NCBI RefSeq assembly: GCF_963921235.1
Contig: NC_086108.1
Coordinates: 83,082,001 to 83,146,000 of the forward strand
Direction: 5' to 3'
DNA: 64,000 nucleotides
DNA from: Mobula hypostoma
Lineage: Eukaryota
The stretch's first letter is position 1, and each line of letters opens with the position of its first letter. Made by a program: the position numbers and the translations under genes. Below are positions 1 through 13,616 of the stretch, piece by piece. The notes beneath the pieces were generated by a model. It did not search any database. It was given only the letters and a program-made list of their open reading frames with translations, and was not told the origin of the DNA.

Positions 1-19
1 TTGCTGAACTTCTTCATTT

Positions 20-475
20 AATCACCAAGGATGCCTCTTAGTCTCCATTAACTTTCCACTTCAGTTTTCCTTCTCCTTCATTTCAAATTTATAATAAAGC
101 TGAAGAGCCAGCACCTTACCTTCTTTCTGAACTCAATACTGAATTCAATAATTGAATATTATCATCAATTACATCCTTGTTTTCCATATTTCTGGTTTGA
201 AATTTTCAAATTTCATTCGTCTTCTCCTATTTCCCGAGATAAACCTTTTGTTATTCACCATCTTTCTACAGGCACCACCACCACTTTAGTCATTCCATCT
301 CTACCCTATCACAGATCATCCCCTTGTTTTCTCTGCTCCCCCCTCTTGTCCATATTTTAATAATGACTTTTCTTCTAATCGTTCCCAGTTCTGATGGAAT
401 GCCAACAACATGGAACATCATTTCTGCTTTAGCAGATGCTGCCAGACCTATTGAGGATTTCTAGAATTTAAATTT
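20..475 (+). mobile_element. Highly decayed PLE 3' remnant (GIY-YIG C-terminus, 3' UTR, degenerate HHR ~384-420)
   Basis: 'gctgaagagccagcaccttac' resembles the LEEQHLIF-coding end of the intact PLE; 'gcagatgctgccagacctattgag' resembles its tail. Confidence 0.5.
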
Positions 476-504
476 TTTTTACATACAATTCTTACCTTTG
501 TTTA

Positions 505-770
505 CAAAATCCTCTGTAAACTTTGTCTATAACATTCTCGATCCCTGGAAACAACTGTAGTCTTCTTGATTACCCCTGAGTTTAATTGCTTCACAACTGG
601 CCTTCTCCATGCCAGTTCAAAAACTTCTCTAAACTTACTTTAGCATTCTCCTGAAACATACCACTTTGATCAATCTTTTGCCCATTTGCTCTATTATTTC
701 CTTAAATGGCTCTGTGTTGAATTTAGTTTCATAATACCACAGTATATAGTAAAGGTGCTTAGAAGTGTTT
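505..770 (+). mobile_element. Old L2-type LINE/SINE 3' tail fragment
   Basis: Resembles L2-type 3' tails ('ctttgatcaatcttttg...tggctctgtgttgaattt...aaaggtgct'); recognised from memory. Confidence 0.35.
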
Positions 771-1333
771 TCTGCTTTAGTATAATTCACTGACATAAAT
801 CAGGGGCCTTGCACTAAGTCAGACAAGAAACAGGACATGACCTCCAGCACCTGAAGTCACAGATTTTGCCTGGGTTCTGCCTAGTTTCTTCAAAGTAACT
901 TCAACCCTGGCTCAATGATCAGGGGACATTAGTCTCAAGTACTCCTAGCCTGGCAACTAATTGTCTGTTGATGAGAATGTCAGTGAGAATGCATGACAAT
1001 ATCAGGCAGCACCTTAAAAAGATAAATAGAAGTATTTATAAATATGTAATGTTTCATATCACTAACTTTCAGGAGTTTCAGGTGTTATTTCATATTTCCA
1101 GCATTTGAAGTTTCTGTTTTGTTTTTTGATTTATAACTATTATAGTTATTCTTATTCCTTTAATGAATAGTTACAGATTTTAGGGCCGGGGCATGGTCAA
1201 TATATAGAACAGATTGAAGATATAAGGCAGAGGGACAAGGGACTAGTAATCTCAAAAACATTTCATGTCTTTGCGTTCTCCTAATTGTGGCTCATCTTTC
1301 TGCCAACCACGCTCCCTTTCTTTTCCATCTCAC

Positions 1334-1429
1334 CTGTTCCCTTTGAAATCGACCTCTGTATCTTGCCCCTCACTCTGACTTAATTTACAGCAGTTTTGCT
1401 GTTCATCAGTTTCCTTATCTTTCACTCTC
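1334..1429 (-). CDS. Possible isolated 96-nt coding exon (RVKDKETDEQQNCCKLSQSEGQDTEVDFKGN)
   Basis: Minus strand: acceptor tttggtttcttgccaaccaccatcag|, donor CAG|gtgag, one open frame, length divisible by 3; no partner exon found. Confidence 0.25.
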
Positions 1430-2734
1430 CTGATGGTGGTTGGCAAGAAACCAAAATTTATTTCAATGTGCTTTCTTCTACCTCTCACTTCAACCTCACA
1501 TCCCCTCAATTCCATCAGAGATTTTATTAGTTGTCAAAATTCAACCTACATTTTATCATTTTAAGTCAAATATGGATAAAGAAATACATTGTAAGGGATT
1601 TCATTTTTACTGCTGTCAGTTCTAGCAGACTAAATTGTTATCCTTTCATAGATTCTACCCAATTTCCAATTCATTAACTTCACACTAAGTTGCGAAGATT
1701 GAAATCTAGTCTTTCAAGCTGCCTCTCTATCTGTGCAGGTGTCTTACTCTGTCTGAATCACTTTTCCTTCTCAAAGAGGTGTTAAGTTAGTACCTTTGTC
1801 AATTAGCATAAGCAGATGGGAATCACTCCCTAAGGAAACAGTAGTTCTCCCACACCTGCCTGTAACCAAGAACCATTTGCAACAGGTCTTTGAAACAGGA
1901 TACTAAACAATAACCTGCCCAACTTCCTTAGCAGACATGGATGTTTCTTCTAATTCTTTCATCCTTTTCCCAAGTATTAATATAATCATTCACATAACAT
2001 TTCAAGGTTGTCAGCTATACACAGAGATTTTGGAAAGGTTATCATTTTACTAACATGCAAAAATGGCGATGCATAATAATTGTGAGTTGATGTGAGCCCA
2101 TATGTTATGCTTACGGGCCTATGAATTGTTGGAGCAACTAAGCTACTTGAGGTGACATGATGTACGTTGGTCTCTGGCTCCCAGTCTGGCAATGGTTGGG
2201 ATCGTGACAAGGATTTAGAAATGCCATTGTTCTGGAGGAGGCAGTCGGTGCCGTTGCATGACTTCACTGCCACTGAGGCTATGGATCAGCATTCTTGCTA
2301 ATTCCTACACCTACCGAGGTGAATAAGCATTTGGATACTTACATCTGAAGCTCCTGGTTGACTCAGTCTATCAGCCTCTCCAAAACTGAGAACATAGGAG
2401 CACACATATTTTCAGGAAAATCCCTGAGAATTTATACTGCTGCCTTTACCTAATCCTGCTAGAATTGGAAGCATACATTATTGTTGGTAATAGAGTGCCA
2501 ATGCCTCTCGCTGAAAGTCCACATCCTGGTCCTGGACTCCTCCATACTCTTCAAGACATAGTTATTAGCATGCCGTTCAATAAATTCAGCAATTGCAGTT
2601 GTAAAGAAAATATTTTCCTTTGAAGGACTGGAGACCCTATATATTTTTAAAATTAAAGCTCTGGTCATAAGAGCTTGAAGACAAGGTTATATGTCACCTG
2701 ATGAAACACCCTACTTCCTGCTTCCAGGGTAGAA

Positions 2735-3485
2735 AATAGAAATAAACTGCAGAATTTGAAAGTCTGAAATTAAAGCAGAAAACCAGGGGCCTAAACGGTC
2801 CTTTCAGATGAATCAGTGATACATTTGCACTTCTTACAATCTAATGTACTGCATTTGGTATTCACAACGTAGTCTCTGCTACACTGGAGAAGCCAAATAT
2901 AGACTGGGGTGGTCATATTGAGGACAATGGAACAGTGACTCTGACCTTCCAGTTACGTATCACTTGAATTCAACATCACACATCCACTCTGTGGACTCCT
3001 GCACTGTTATAATGAGGCCCAATCCAACCTTGAGGAATAACACCTTACTTTCAGTATGGGCACACTGCTGCTTGGGCTGAATATCAAATTCTCCAGCTTT
3101 GCACTTATTATTTGTGTCTGTATTGGATCTGGTCATTTGTACCCCTGCCATCATTTTGCCCCTGTTTTTTCTCCTTCAATTTGTATGGTCCGGGCTGCTG
3201 GATATGTAACAGGGCCTCACCATTTACTGCATATTCCACAGACCAAGTAGATTATAGTCCTGGTAAATGCACCTTTAATGCATTTGGACTTACCTTCTCA
3301 GAGATGTTCTTTTGCTCTGCCCATCCCTTGCCCATCTTCTCTTCTCAGTAAACTGTTTTTCTCTCTTTCCCAGTTCTGACAATGGGTCCTTGGAGTGAAC
3401 CATTAACTCTGTTTTTCTTTCCACAGATGCTGCCTGACTTCCTGAGAGTTATTTTTTCAGTATTTTCTTTTCAAATACTGCATTC
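2735..3485 (+). mobile_element. Decayed PLE 3' fragment (GIY-YIG relic, degenerate HHR ~3371-3410), preceded by a short inverted tail copy (~2735-2785)
   Basis: 2786 onward reads GPKRSFQM..YICTSYNLMYCIWYSQRSLCYTGEAKYRLG, homologous to GPKQSFQV..VIYCVRCSRCGLLYIGETRRRLG. Confidence 0.7.
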
Positions 3486-4029
3486 CCTGTCTGATCCCAG
3501 TGATCTCTTTCTTCAATGTAATGCGATGGATTCCTTTTTATTTTTTAGTCTTCCTTCAACCTTTCTTCACATTGTTAGCGGGGTATATATTGTGCCATAA
3601 AAGCTGTGAAATGTGTCCTTGGAACCTGCAGGGTCAGCATTGTTAGTGGAATCCACAAACATAAAGAGAGGTTAGTTTGTCACAGGAAATGACAATTTCT
3701 AACTTGTTCCCTTTACACACTTCAAATCATTGTCATTTATAATGTACTGCCAGGAGGCCTTATAAATTGTGACTTACTTTGAGATGCGTGACTTACACTG
3801 AGTTAGTCCTAGATGTTTTGATTTCCCATTTGGTTGTAATCATGTTCCTTTTTGTATAGAAATTGTGTATAATTTGCGTTTTCCTTGTGAATGATGTTTA
3901 TATGATGCTGTGCAGCTGTGATGCTGCTACATGTAAGGTTTTCATTCCACGAAGTGCATAAATGCACTTGTATTTAGTGCAATAAACCTAAGTTTGATTT
4001 TGAAGATGATTTTGGAAATACCACTGCCA

Positions 4030-4655
4030 TTAAATGAAGATGGCGATGCTACGCAACGCAGCGCGCGCAGCTCTCCGGTGAAATGATATCATATTTGTAA
4101 GTAGGATGCCGTGCACAATTCTGATTTGATGGAGACAGACATGAGAAGCACAGAGGAACATCTGGAGAAACTTCTGAAATGCCCGGCTCGCTGCCGCTGC
4201 TACTGTGCGATCAAGAATCTCCGGAGGGAAGGCCCCAAAATCCTCGGCTTTGCCTGCTGCTGGCAGCCGAGGCTGGGGTCGAAGTGTTCGGCAGAAATGG
4301 TGCTGGGTACTCGGTATCGGAGGCTCAAAGTTTTCGGATGACTCAGAGTCGGACTGTGGTCGGGCATAGCAGGGAGAGTTTTCTTCCTTCTCCCGTCTGC
4401 GTGAGATGTAGGACTTTTGAGAGACTTTGAACTTTTTTACTGCGCCCATGGCCTGTTCTTCATCAAGTTATGGTATTGTTGCACTGTTGTAACTACATGT
4501 TATAATTATGTGGTTTTTGTTAGTTTTTCAGTCTTGGTCTGTCCTGTGTTTCTGTGATATCACACCGGAGGAATATTGTATCATTTCTTAATGCATGCAT
4601 TACTAAATGACAATAAAAGAGGACTGCGTGTCCTCATAATCTAATCTATTCTAAT
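4030..4655 (+). repeat. Unclassified CpG-rich interspersed repeat, probably a young non-autonomous retroelement
   Basis: Starts AAGATGGCG; CpG-rich body in an AT-rich background; AATAAA then a (TCTAA)n-like tail. Confidence 0.45.
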
Positions 4656-6204
4656 TTTCTGTTCTCATTGTTACCTTTCCTAATCCTCAATAACAAAGAG
4701 GAAAATATTTCACAATAGCATCCACTCTTTATAATGTTACTTTATCTGTCTCCTCCATCCTTAACATGTAATTTTCCTATTCACATCCGATAGGATCTCC
4801 CCAAGATAGTGCATGGCAAATAATTATTTCGCAACACACGCTCTTCCTTGCAACAAGGTCATCATAGACACCCATAATGTTCAGACCTGAGTCAGCAATC
4901 TCATTCTTCTAAGAGCAGATTAAAAGATTCACAATATCGAGGGCTGAAGGGCCTGTACTGTGGTGCAACATTTGGAGATCTACGTTCTAACATTGATCTA
5001 GGTTTCAGATGGTAATATTATATCAATTAAATCTCCAATTCTCTAAATTGTGTTGCCCTCAGATTTGAAATGCCCTTTGGGTGCAAGGTTGTAAAATACA
5101 AACTAGTGTGTTTAAAAACTGAGCACCTTGTGGGGGGAGCTGGAAAATTGTTGAAGAGGGCCCTTTCCTAAGATGTTCCTCTGCTGGATGTGACAGGATT
5201 TATTCCCCCAGTGGGCTGGCATCGAAACAGAAGTTATTAGTAAGCTAGTGACATTTAAAAAGGCTTTGCTTTTCTGCAAAGGTTCCCAGATACAGGTAAC
5301 GTATGTCACTTTCAACAGTAGATTTTTATAGTGGAGAATTTCATTCTGCATCGTCTCAGAGAAAGGAGAATCAAGCCTGGTGGAAAGAGTCATCATGAGA
5401 TTTGTGACCAGGAATGCAATTTCCTAACTAACTAGTAAGACCCCCAGAGTAATGAGGTTTCTATATCTAAGCCAGTATACTAAAAACATGATGGCTGTTT
5501 TACTGAGCGCTGCATTGAGTTCCAGTTCTTGCAGATACAGAGTAGATTATGCCTCCAAACCTGATTACTAGCTTTGGAGGACAGAGTTATGAGTGACAGT
5601 TTGAAAAACCTAAATATTTCCAATATAAAATAAATTTAAGGAGATGGGATATTGTAAAAGGTACCGTGGAGTAGAAAGATTCTTTGTCTAGCATAAGTTC
5701 AGTTATATCTGCAAATGGGAGGCCTCAAACATTAAGGTGGTGGAAATCATAAATTGGGAATATTACAAAAGGAGTCTACTTGGCCGATGGTAGTCGTGTC
5801 ATCTCAGAAGTATTTTTAAGTGACATTCTTAAACTCCTTCTTCGTAGCTCTGCAAAAGCCTCCAAAATGGTTTACTGTTCTCTGCCTTTGATTGCTGCTC
5901 TTCCCAAATACATTACCTCATCTTTTGCCTACCTGACCAGCCCATCAACAACCTAAATCCATCATCCCCTTTATTACCACTGCCAATTTTTGTATCACTT
6001 AAAGACAACTTGAACATGGTCCCTACATTGCAGTACTAATCATAGGTATAATGCCTCATAATCTCCCATTGTCTTGTTGATTGGTAGTAGGATTATTTAG
6101 ATTACATCTATTTCTATTTTTTATATTTCTCTTATTCCCAGCCATGCAGGTAACCTTCTGAGAGAGCAATCTCCTTCTTTGACAAGGCTCTGTGAGATTC
6201 CTGC

Positions 6205-6600
6205 AATTTAGCAGTCTCGGTAGTCTCCTTGGTATGAACATAGAATTCTCCAACTTCCGGTAATTCCCTCCCCCTCCCTTCTTCTATCCCTATTTCACTC
6301 TAACCCTCCCCCAGCTCCCTCATGGTTCCGTCTCCTTCTCCTTCTACTACCCATTGTTTTCAGGGCTATGATGTCAATGCCTCCCCTCCCCCACCCCTTT
6401 GTCTTTCAAATTACTGCTCTTTCAACTGAAGCTACAAGCATTCTTCAAATCCTTCCCCATCTTTCATTCTTCAGTCCTGACAAAGTGTTCTGGCCCGAAA
6501 CGTCGACTCATCATTTCTAACTGATGCTGCCCGACCTGCTGAGTTCATCCAGCATACTGAAAGTGTTGCTTTGATCACAATATCTGCATATTTTTTTGTG
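6205..6600 (+). mobile_element. PLE 3' fragment with HHR-like motif at 6472-6508 (core CTGACAA, mutated)
   Basis: GMNIEFSNFR-stop end, pyrimidine-rich UTR, 'cagtcctgacaaagtgttctggcccgaaacgtcgact'. Confidence 0.75.
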
Positions 6601-6904
6601 TCTGTGAGATTTCTGTACCCAGGGACAGCACTTAAAGAATCAAGTAAGCTGACCATCCAGTTCCTTCATTGACATAACTCTTTAGATTCTTCATGGGTGT
6701 GACATGGCAGTGCTATGTCCTCCATGTGTCTACATCTTTCAGGATAGGTTTATCTGTGCTGGCGTTTGATGTGATTGTTGAGAATGACACAGAGTGTGAC
6801 AAGGTACAGATTTGTCCAGTGGTTCTGGCAAATGACAAACAGAAGACAAGATCTATGACAATTCCACGTCTAAGAAACCATTTGAAAGAATAATAAGGTC
6901 ATCA

Positions 6905-7130
6905 GACATAGGAGCAGAATTAGGCCATTCAGCCCACCAAGTCCACTCTGCCACTCCATCATGGATGATCCCAGATCCCACTCAACCCCATACACCTGCT
7001 TTCTCGCCATATCCTTTGATGCCCTGACCGATCAGGAAACGATCAACTTCCACCTTAAATATACCCACAGACTTGGCCTCCACTGCAGTCTGTGGCAGAG
7101 CATTCCACAGACTTACTACTCTCTGGCTAA
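6905..7130 (-). mobile_element. CR1 LINE 3' fragment
   Basis: Reverse complement of the CR1 3' end seen at 11490-11720. Confidence 0.75.
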
Positions 7131-7599
7131 ATGTGACTAAATATATAATTGTCCAGAAGAGTGTGTGGGTGTGGATGTTTTATCTGTGTAAGTCTGCTGT
7201 ATGTCTACAGGTATGTGTGAGACAGCAAGAGAAATAAGAAGTAACTCTCTTACACTGTCTTCACTCATACAGCTGCCTACATTTTGTATAAGTCTTTATG
7301 TTGCCAAAAGCTCTAGATTGTGTTGCACATTTTAGTTTCTTTCCTTTGGCCTTGTAATTATTCTGAGAACTTCTTAAAGATATATGGGGAATCAATGCCA
7401 TCTGCAGTCCATATAGTGTGTGGGTGGTGGAAAAGCAAGGATTCCTGAGCTTGATAGCAGCAACTGGTATGTATACGTATTTTAACTCACTGGAATAACA
7501 GTAAATTACTTCTAAGTTGCAGCCATGCCACAGTACAAACTCACTTCATAAGACTCTCCATCTCATGTTCTCGATATTTAAGGTGAAAGAAGGAAAAGG

Positions 7600-8020
7600 G
7601 GATGGGAATCATGAAGGGGGGGCATTAACAGAAGTTCACCCTCCACCCCCCTCTCTTTCACTGTTTCCCATCACCTTTTCTCTCCCACCTTATCTCCTTG
7701 CCCGCCCATTACCTCCCTCTGGTGCTCCTCCCCCCTTTTCTTTCTTCCATGGCCTTCTGTCTCCTTCACCAATCAGCTTCCCAGCTCTTTTCGTCATCCA
7801 TCCCCCTTCAGGTTTCACCTATCACCTGGTGTTTCTCTATCCTAACCCCCCACCTTTTAAATCTATTCCTCAGCTTTTTTTTTGCCAGTCCTGCCAAAGG
7901 GTTTTGGCCCAAAATGTTGACTGTGCTCTTTTCCTATCGATGCTGCCTGGTCTGCTGAGTTCCTCCAGCATTTTTGCATGCGTTGTTCAGATGTCCAGTA
8001 CCTGCAAATTTTCTTCTGTT
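7600..8020 (+). mobile_element. PLE 3' UTR fragment with degenerate HHR (7886-7923); short inverted piece at ~7600-7636
   Basis: 'cagtcctgccaaagggttttggcccaaaatgttgactg...gatgctgcctggtctgctgagttcctccagc'. Confidence 0.7.
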
Positions 8021-8721
8021 TGTCCATAGGATAAAAATTGAGACCGTGGATTAGTAGAGAGAAGTGTGGGATTGTGTGCATTTTCCATCTGTGTGGGATC
8101 ACAACTCTGACCACATTTGGAATGTTCACCCTACAGATACTTTGGATCAGATATTTTAGATTTCTCTTATCACTGGTAGATGCATGAAAATAGGAAAAGT
8201 TTTATAAAAGTAAATACATTTTCCTATTCACTGTAAATAACCCTCGCTCTGTTTTAGAATTTATGTCAGTTGTCAGACATTCCCTCAGGCAGCCTGCTGT
8301 GCATATGTGAGTTTCTCCCAGTTTGCTGATGACTGCTTATCATAAACTTTAGGCAGGAAAACCACTGCAAGCAAAAATCAGCATTTTCCTATGTTGTGGG
8401 ATTTCTAACAAATAGAGTCCAAATGGTTTTCCCTTCTTTCCAAAATAAGACAATGTCTTGGGTTTGGGTGTGACAAATCTGCAGATAATTACTGCATCTT
8501 GCTATCCTTTTATAGAAAACACTCAATTTTTCTGCAATTGGACAATATATTTCCAATGCTTCAAGCCACTGGATGAATTTCAACCAATATAAATCGAATA
8601 GTACCTACAGTGTTGCAAATACAATCAAATATTGATACTTGAATAAATATTGGTTTAATTTAGTTTAATATCCTTCCTGCACTGCTATATTACAAATATT
8701 TTAATCAGCATTAAACATCAA

Positions 8722-11700
8722 CTTAATAAAATATTTAATGATATGATATTGAAGGGAGCAATCACTCTATTGGGAGTATTCTATAGACACTCAACAGCAA
8801 CAGAGACACCGAGGAGCAGATCAGGAGGCTCATTTTGGAAAAGTGCAAAAATAGCAGGATTGTTGACATGGGTGAATTCATCTTCCCTAATATTGATTAG
8901 TACCTCCTTAGTGCAAAATTTTCAGATAAGGCAGAATTTGTTAGGTGTTTTAGAAAAGATTCCTGACACAAACTGTCAATGGACCAACTAGAAGAGAAGG
9001 CAATACTGGATCTTGTATCAGGTGATGAATCTGATCAGGTGACAGATCTCTCAGTGCATGAGTATTTCTTAGACAGTGTCCCCAATTCCCTGACCTTTAA
9101 CATAGCCTTGGACAGGGATAGCAGTAGATGGTATGGACAAGTATTTATTCAAGGAAGGCCAATTTAGGATATTATTAGGCAGGAACTTGGGAGCATACAA
9201 TGGGAACAGATGTACTCATAGAAATGCACAATGCAAATACAGAGGTTGTTTTGGGAGTACTTTCATGAGGTTCTGGATACATTTATCCCACCGAGGGAAA
9301 GAATGGTAGGGGGAAGGAAGCATGGTTGGCAAGAGAAGTAGAACAGTCAAGAGTAAGAAGGAAGCATATTTAAGGTTTAGGACAGGGCTCTTGTAAGTTA
9401 TAAGGTAGCCAGGAAAGAGCTTAAGAATGGACTTAGGAGACCCAGAATGGGACATGAGAAAGCCTTGGCTATTAGAATTAAGGAAACCCTAAGGCATTCA
9501 ACATGTATATGAAAAACAGAGGGATGACTAAAGTGAAGATAGGACCAATTAGGGATAAAAGAGGAAATATATGCCTGGAGTTGGAGGCAGTAGGGAAGGT
9601 CCTTAATGAATACTTTGCTTCAATATTCAGCAGTGAGTGGGACCTTGACAAACGTGAGGTCAGCATAGAAAAGGCTAATATGCTGAAAGATGTCAAGGTT
9701 AATAAAGAGAATAGGTCTCCGGGGCCAGATATAATAGTACACCAAGCTACTACAGGAAGCAAATAAAGATACTGTGGTACATTCAGTGATGATATTTTGT
9801 ATATTCACTAGCCACAGGAGTAGTACCAAAAGACTGAAGGGTGGAAAATGTTATTCCTTTGCTCAAGAAAGAAAAATGGAATAACTTTGGGAGTTATAGA
9901 CCAGTGAGTCTTGTAACAATGGTGGGCAAAACATTTGCAGTGGATTCTTCTAGACAGGATTTATGAGCATTGGAGAAGCATAACCTGCATAGCTTTGTGA
10001 GAGGCGGGCTATACTTAGTGAACCTGATTAACTCTCTTTAAGGAAGCAATAAAATAAATTGAAGAAGATAGACCAGCGGATGTGGATTTCAGTAAGGCGC
10101 GCACCACCGTTTACCATTCAGAAAATCAGAAATCAGGAAGCATGGGATCTAGGGAAACTTAGCTTCATAGACTTATAATTGGCTTGCCCGCTGAAGGCAG
10201 AGGGTGGTAGTACATAAAGCATTTTCTGCCTGGATGTTGGTGATCAGTGATGTTCTGGTGGGTTAATAAGTTTGCAGATGACACAAAGGATGGTGGTGTT
10301 GTGGATTGTACAGAACATTGTCGTAGGTTATGATGGAGCATTGATAGGATGCAAAGCTTGGTTGAGAAGTGACAGATGGAGTTCAATCTAGAAAAGTGTG
10401 AAATAATACACTTCAGAAGGTTGAGCTTGAAGGCAGAGTCCAAGGTTAATGGCTGAATTCCTAGCAGTGTGGAGGAACTGAGGGATCTTGGGGTCCACGT
10501 CCACAAATCCTTCAAAGTTGCATGCAAGTCGATAGGGTGGCTAAAATATGTATGATGTGTCGTCGTCTTTTGCTTGTCAAGGGATGGAGTTCAAGAGCCT
10601 TGAGGTAATGTTGTAGCTCTATAAAACTCTGGTTAGATCACACTTGGAGTAGTGTGTTCATTTCTCGTTGCTTCATTATAGGAAGGTTGTAGAAGCTTTA
10701 GAGAGGTTGCCGTGGAAATTTTCCAGGATGCTGCCTGGGTTAGAGAGCATGTCTTACGAGAAAAGGTTGAGTGAGCTAAGGAATTTCTTTTTGGAGCAAA
10801 GGACGATGAGCGATGACTTGATAGAGGTGTATTAGATGATAAAAGACGTTGATAGAGTGGACACCAGTGCCTTTTTCTCAAGGCAGTAATAGCCAGTATG
10901 AGACAGTATTATTTTAAGGTGATTGGAGGAAAGAAGTCAGAGCTAGGTTTTTTCACAGAGAGTGGTGCACACTGCCTGGGGTGGTGGTAGATACAGTAGG
11001 GACACTTAAAACACTCTTATAAGCACATGGATGAAAGAAAAGTGGAGGGCTATGTGGGTGGGAAGCATTGGATTGATCTTGAAGTAGGTTAAGGAACTGG
11101 AACAATATTATGGGCCAAAAGGGGAATAGAATATAATGCTGAGCCTTTATAAGACACTAGTCAGGCCGCACTTGGAGTACGGTTAACAATTTTGGGCCCA
11201 TATCTCAGAAAGGATGTTGTCATTAGAGAGAGTCCTGAGAAGCTTCACATGGATGATTTTGGGAATGAAGGGGTTAATGTATGAGGAACGTTTGGCAGCT
11301 TTGGGCCTGTACTCACTGGAATTTGGAAGCATGTGTGGGGATCTCATTGAAAACTACTGAATGTTGAAAGACTAGATTGGGTGGATGTGAAGAGGATGTT
11401 TCCTGTGGTGGGGTATCCAGAATTAGAAGGCACAGCCTCAAAATTGAGGGGTGACCCTTTAGAACAGAGGTAAAGAGGAATTCTTTCAGCCAGAGAGTAG
11501 TAAATCTATGGAATGCTCTGCCACAGACTGCGGCGAAGGCAAAGTCTGTGCACATATTTAAGGCGGAAGCTGATTGTTTCCTGATCAATCAGGGCATCGA
11601 AGGATATGGTGAGAAGGCAGGTGTGGGGCGTTGAGCAGGATCTGGGATCAGCCATGATGGAATGGCGGAGCAGACTCGAAGGGCTGAATGGCCTAATTCT

Positions 11701-11770
11701 GCTCCTATGTCTTATGGTCTTATGGTCTAAAAGCCTGTACTGTGCCCTATTGTTTTATGTTCTAAGACAT
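8722..11770 (+). mobile_element. Degenerate CR1 LINE ORF2 (EN-RT) with a second CR1 3' fragment (~11120-11727) nested in its tail
   Basis: Peptides AITLLGVFYR, AILDLV, KVLNEYFASIF, KFADDTK; (ttatggtc)n tail at ~11710-11727. Confidence 0.8.
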
Positions 11771-13049
11771 GGAAACACTGCAGAACATTGAAGCCTTTCA
11801 TTTAACAACAGGAACAGGTTTTCCTCCCTTTAGTTATTGAGAGTAGTTTGAATGAACCATGTAGCCATTACAGGTACTCATCACTGAATCTCTGAACAAC
11901 AATTTTTTAGCTTGCAGTCCAGTTAAGTTACTAGCACATCCAGTCAAACATCACATTCAATATAAGAAGTAATATTATGAATCACACAGTTCAGTGAATA
12001 TGAATTATAAGATGGTGTAACAAAACCCATTAAAGCCAGAAATCTCATTTCATATCATACCTGAGCAAGGAAACTCTGCTGAATATAACTACTGTCTTCT
12101 ATTAGTTATTTTATTTTGTATCAATGGTGTTGATTAAAATGCTCCATAAAGTGCTCCTGGAATTTCTATTTTACGCTGAATTACATCTGACATACACTGA
12201 ACATCATGCACCACAGTCAGATGACTTGTCAGATGTCATGAGGTGCAGAAAAAAACTGCATTTTCTCCCAGTAATAAAGTTGTTTTCTTTCTGCATTCTC
12301 AGAAAAGTGAGAGGAAAACTCATAAAATTGCTTTCTTTGATGAAGGATTTCAGAGTAAGGGATCAGATCTTATTCTTATATCAAGTTCTTAAAGAGCAAA
12401 ATCAGAATGTTCTCCACATAAAAAATTGAAATGATGACATCTCTGTACCCTGTAAACTGTGGATAAAGGGCCAATTAGGATAGAAGTCCTTAAAAATTTA
12501 TTAGGTGACAGATACAGTTCAGGGATGGTTAAGTAGCACGCTGATGAGCCATTAGACAAGTTTGAAAGACTGAATAGTTTTTACTGTCATAGTCTTTACT
12601 AAAATGTTTTCCATGAAGAAGCTGTACAGAAGACACAGTTCTATGGTGATTAAACAACTTTGTAAGCACAAGGAAGTCTCACTTGTTTTTTGCCATGTAG
12701 TAATTTTTTGAGGCTGTGTATGAGGAAGATTTTAGGAGAAAGTCATCAGGTACAGGAGTCTGCTTTGCCATTCAGTAAATTCATGGCTCATCTGATACTT
12801 AGCTTCGAATCTACTTCCCTGCCCGAACTCAATAATCTTCAGTGCCCTGTAGCCAAAAGTCTATCACCCTCAGACAGTATATTTAATATCTCGCAATTCA
12901 CATCTCTCTGGGGTACAAACTTCAAAGATTCATTACCTGCTGAGCAATAAATGACTCCTCAGTGCTGATTCCTTACCTAGAGACCCTGAATCTTGGTTCT
13001 GAAATGAATGACTTAGGGTATATTTCTTAAGTTATACTGTCCTTAAGAT

Positions 13050-13570
13050 ATGTTCAGGGAAGAGGCTCTTAAGATATATTTAGGGAAGCAGTCCATGATG
13101 TGGGATAGGAGGGGAGATGTTGGCATTGTGGTCTGCAGTCCTTGACAAGTATCCAGCAGAATTAATTTGTCAACCTCTGGACATAGGCTATGGTTTTTCT
13201 AAGTCAGAGTTGAAGTCTTCCTCAACCTCATGTGTAGCACCAAAAGTTAGGGCATAGGTATGGATGATTAAAATGTGTTGGTTCCACATTAGAGTGAGCC
13301 AGAGGGACATGGGGCTTTTTTCATTTTGCACAAGGAAGTCAAGTCCACTGATTATCTCAAGCCCAATGGTGAAGCACACTCCATGCATTGTCAGGGACAC
13401 TTCGACCCCACACACCCAAGGGTCTACTTTGCAGGAACCAAATGAAGGAGTGTTTATCAAGGGCAAAGAGGCAAGCTGGTGCCCAGCAAGACTTCAAAGG
13501 CTTCAACACTTGACTGTCTTTGATATGAATGTTCATCATTTCTTCCCACAGCAAATTATTTAGTCCAGCC
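13050..13570 (-). mobile_element. Old RTE-type LINE endonuclease fragment
   Basis: HGVCFTI...IIHTYALT..ATHEVEEDFNSDLEK resembles the RTE APE motifs HGVGFAI...ISAYAPT...KEDFYSDL. Confidence 0.55.
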
Positions 13571-13616
13571 TTTTTGCCACTATGAACTTGAAATCAATAT
13601 GACCAAATGCTAACAA

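Noticed and set aside
491..545. Strong minus-strand donor (AAG|gtaag) as an exon end
   Set aside because: Overlaps an L2-like tail; has a stop in the frame compatible with the 1334-1429 candidate
1986..2385. 95-aa minus ORF and nearby donor (GAT|gtaagt) as exons
   Set aside because: Weak acceptors; phase incompatible with the 1334-1429 candidate
4030..4449. Overlapping 76-139-aa ORFs as host genes
   Set aside because: Lie in a GC-rich repeat-like segment; no motifs or convincing splice context
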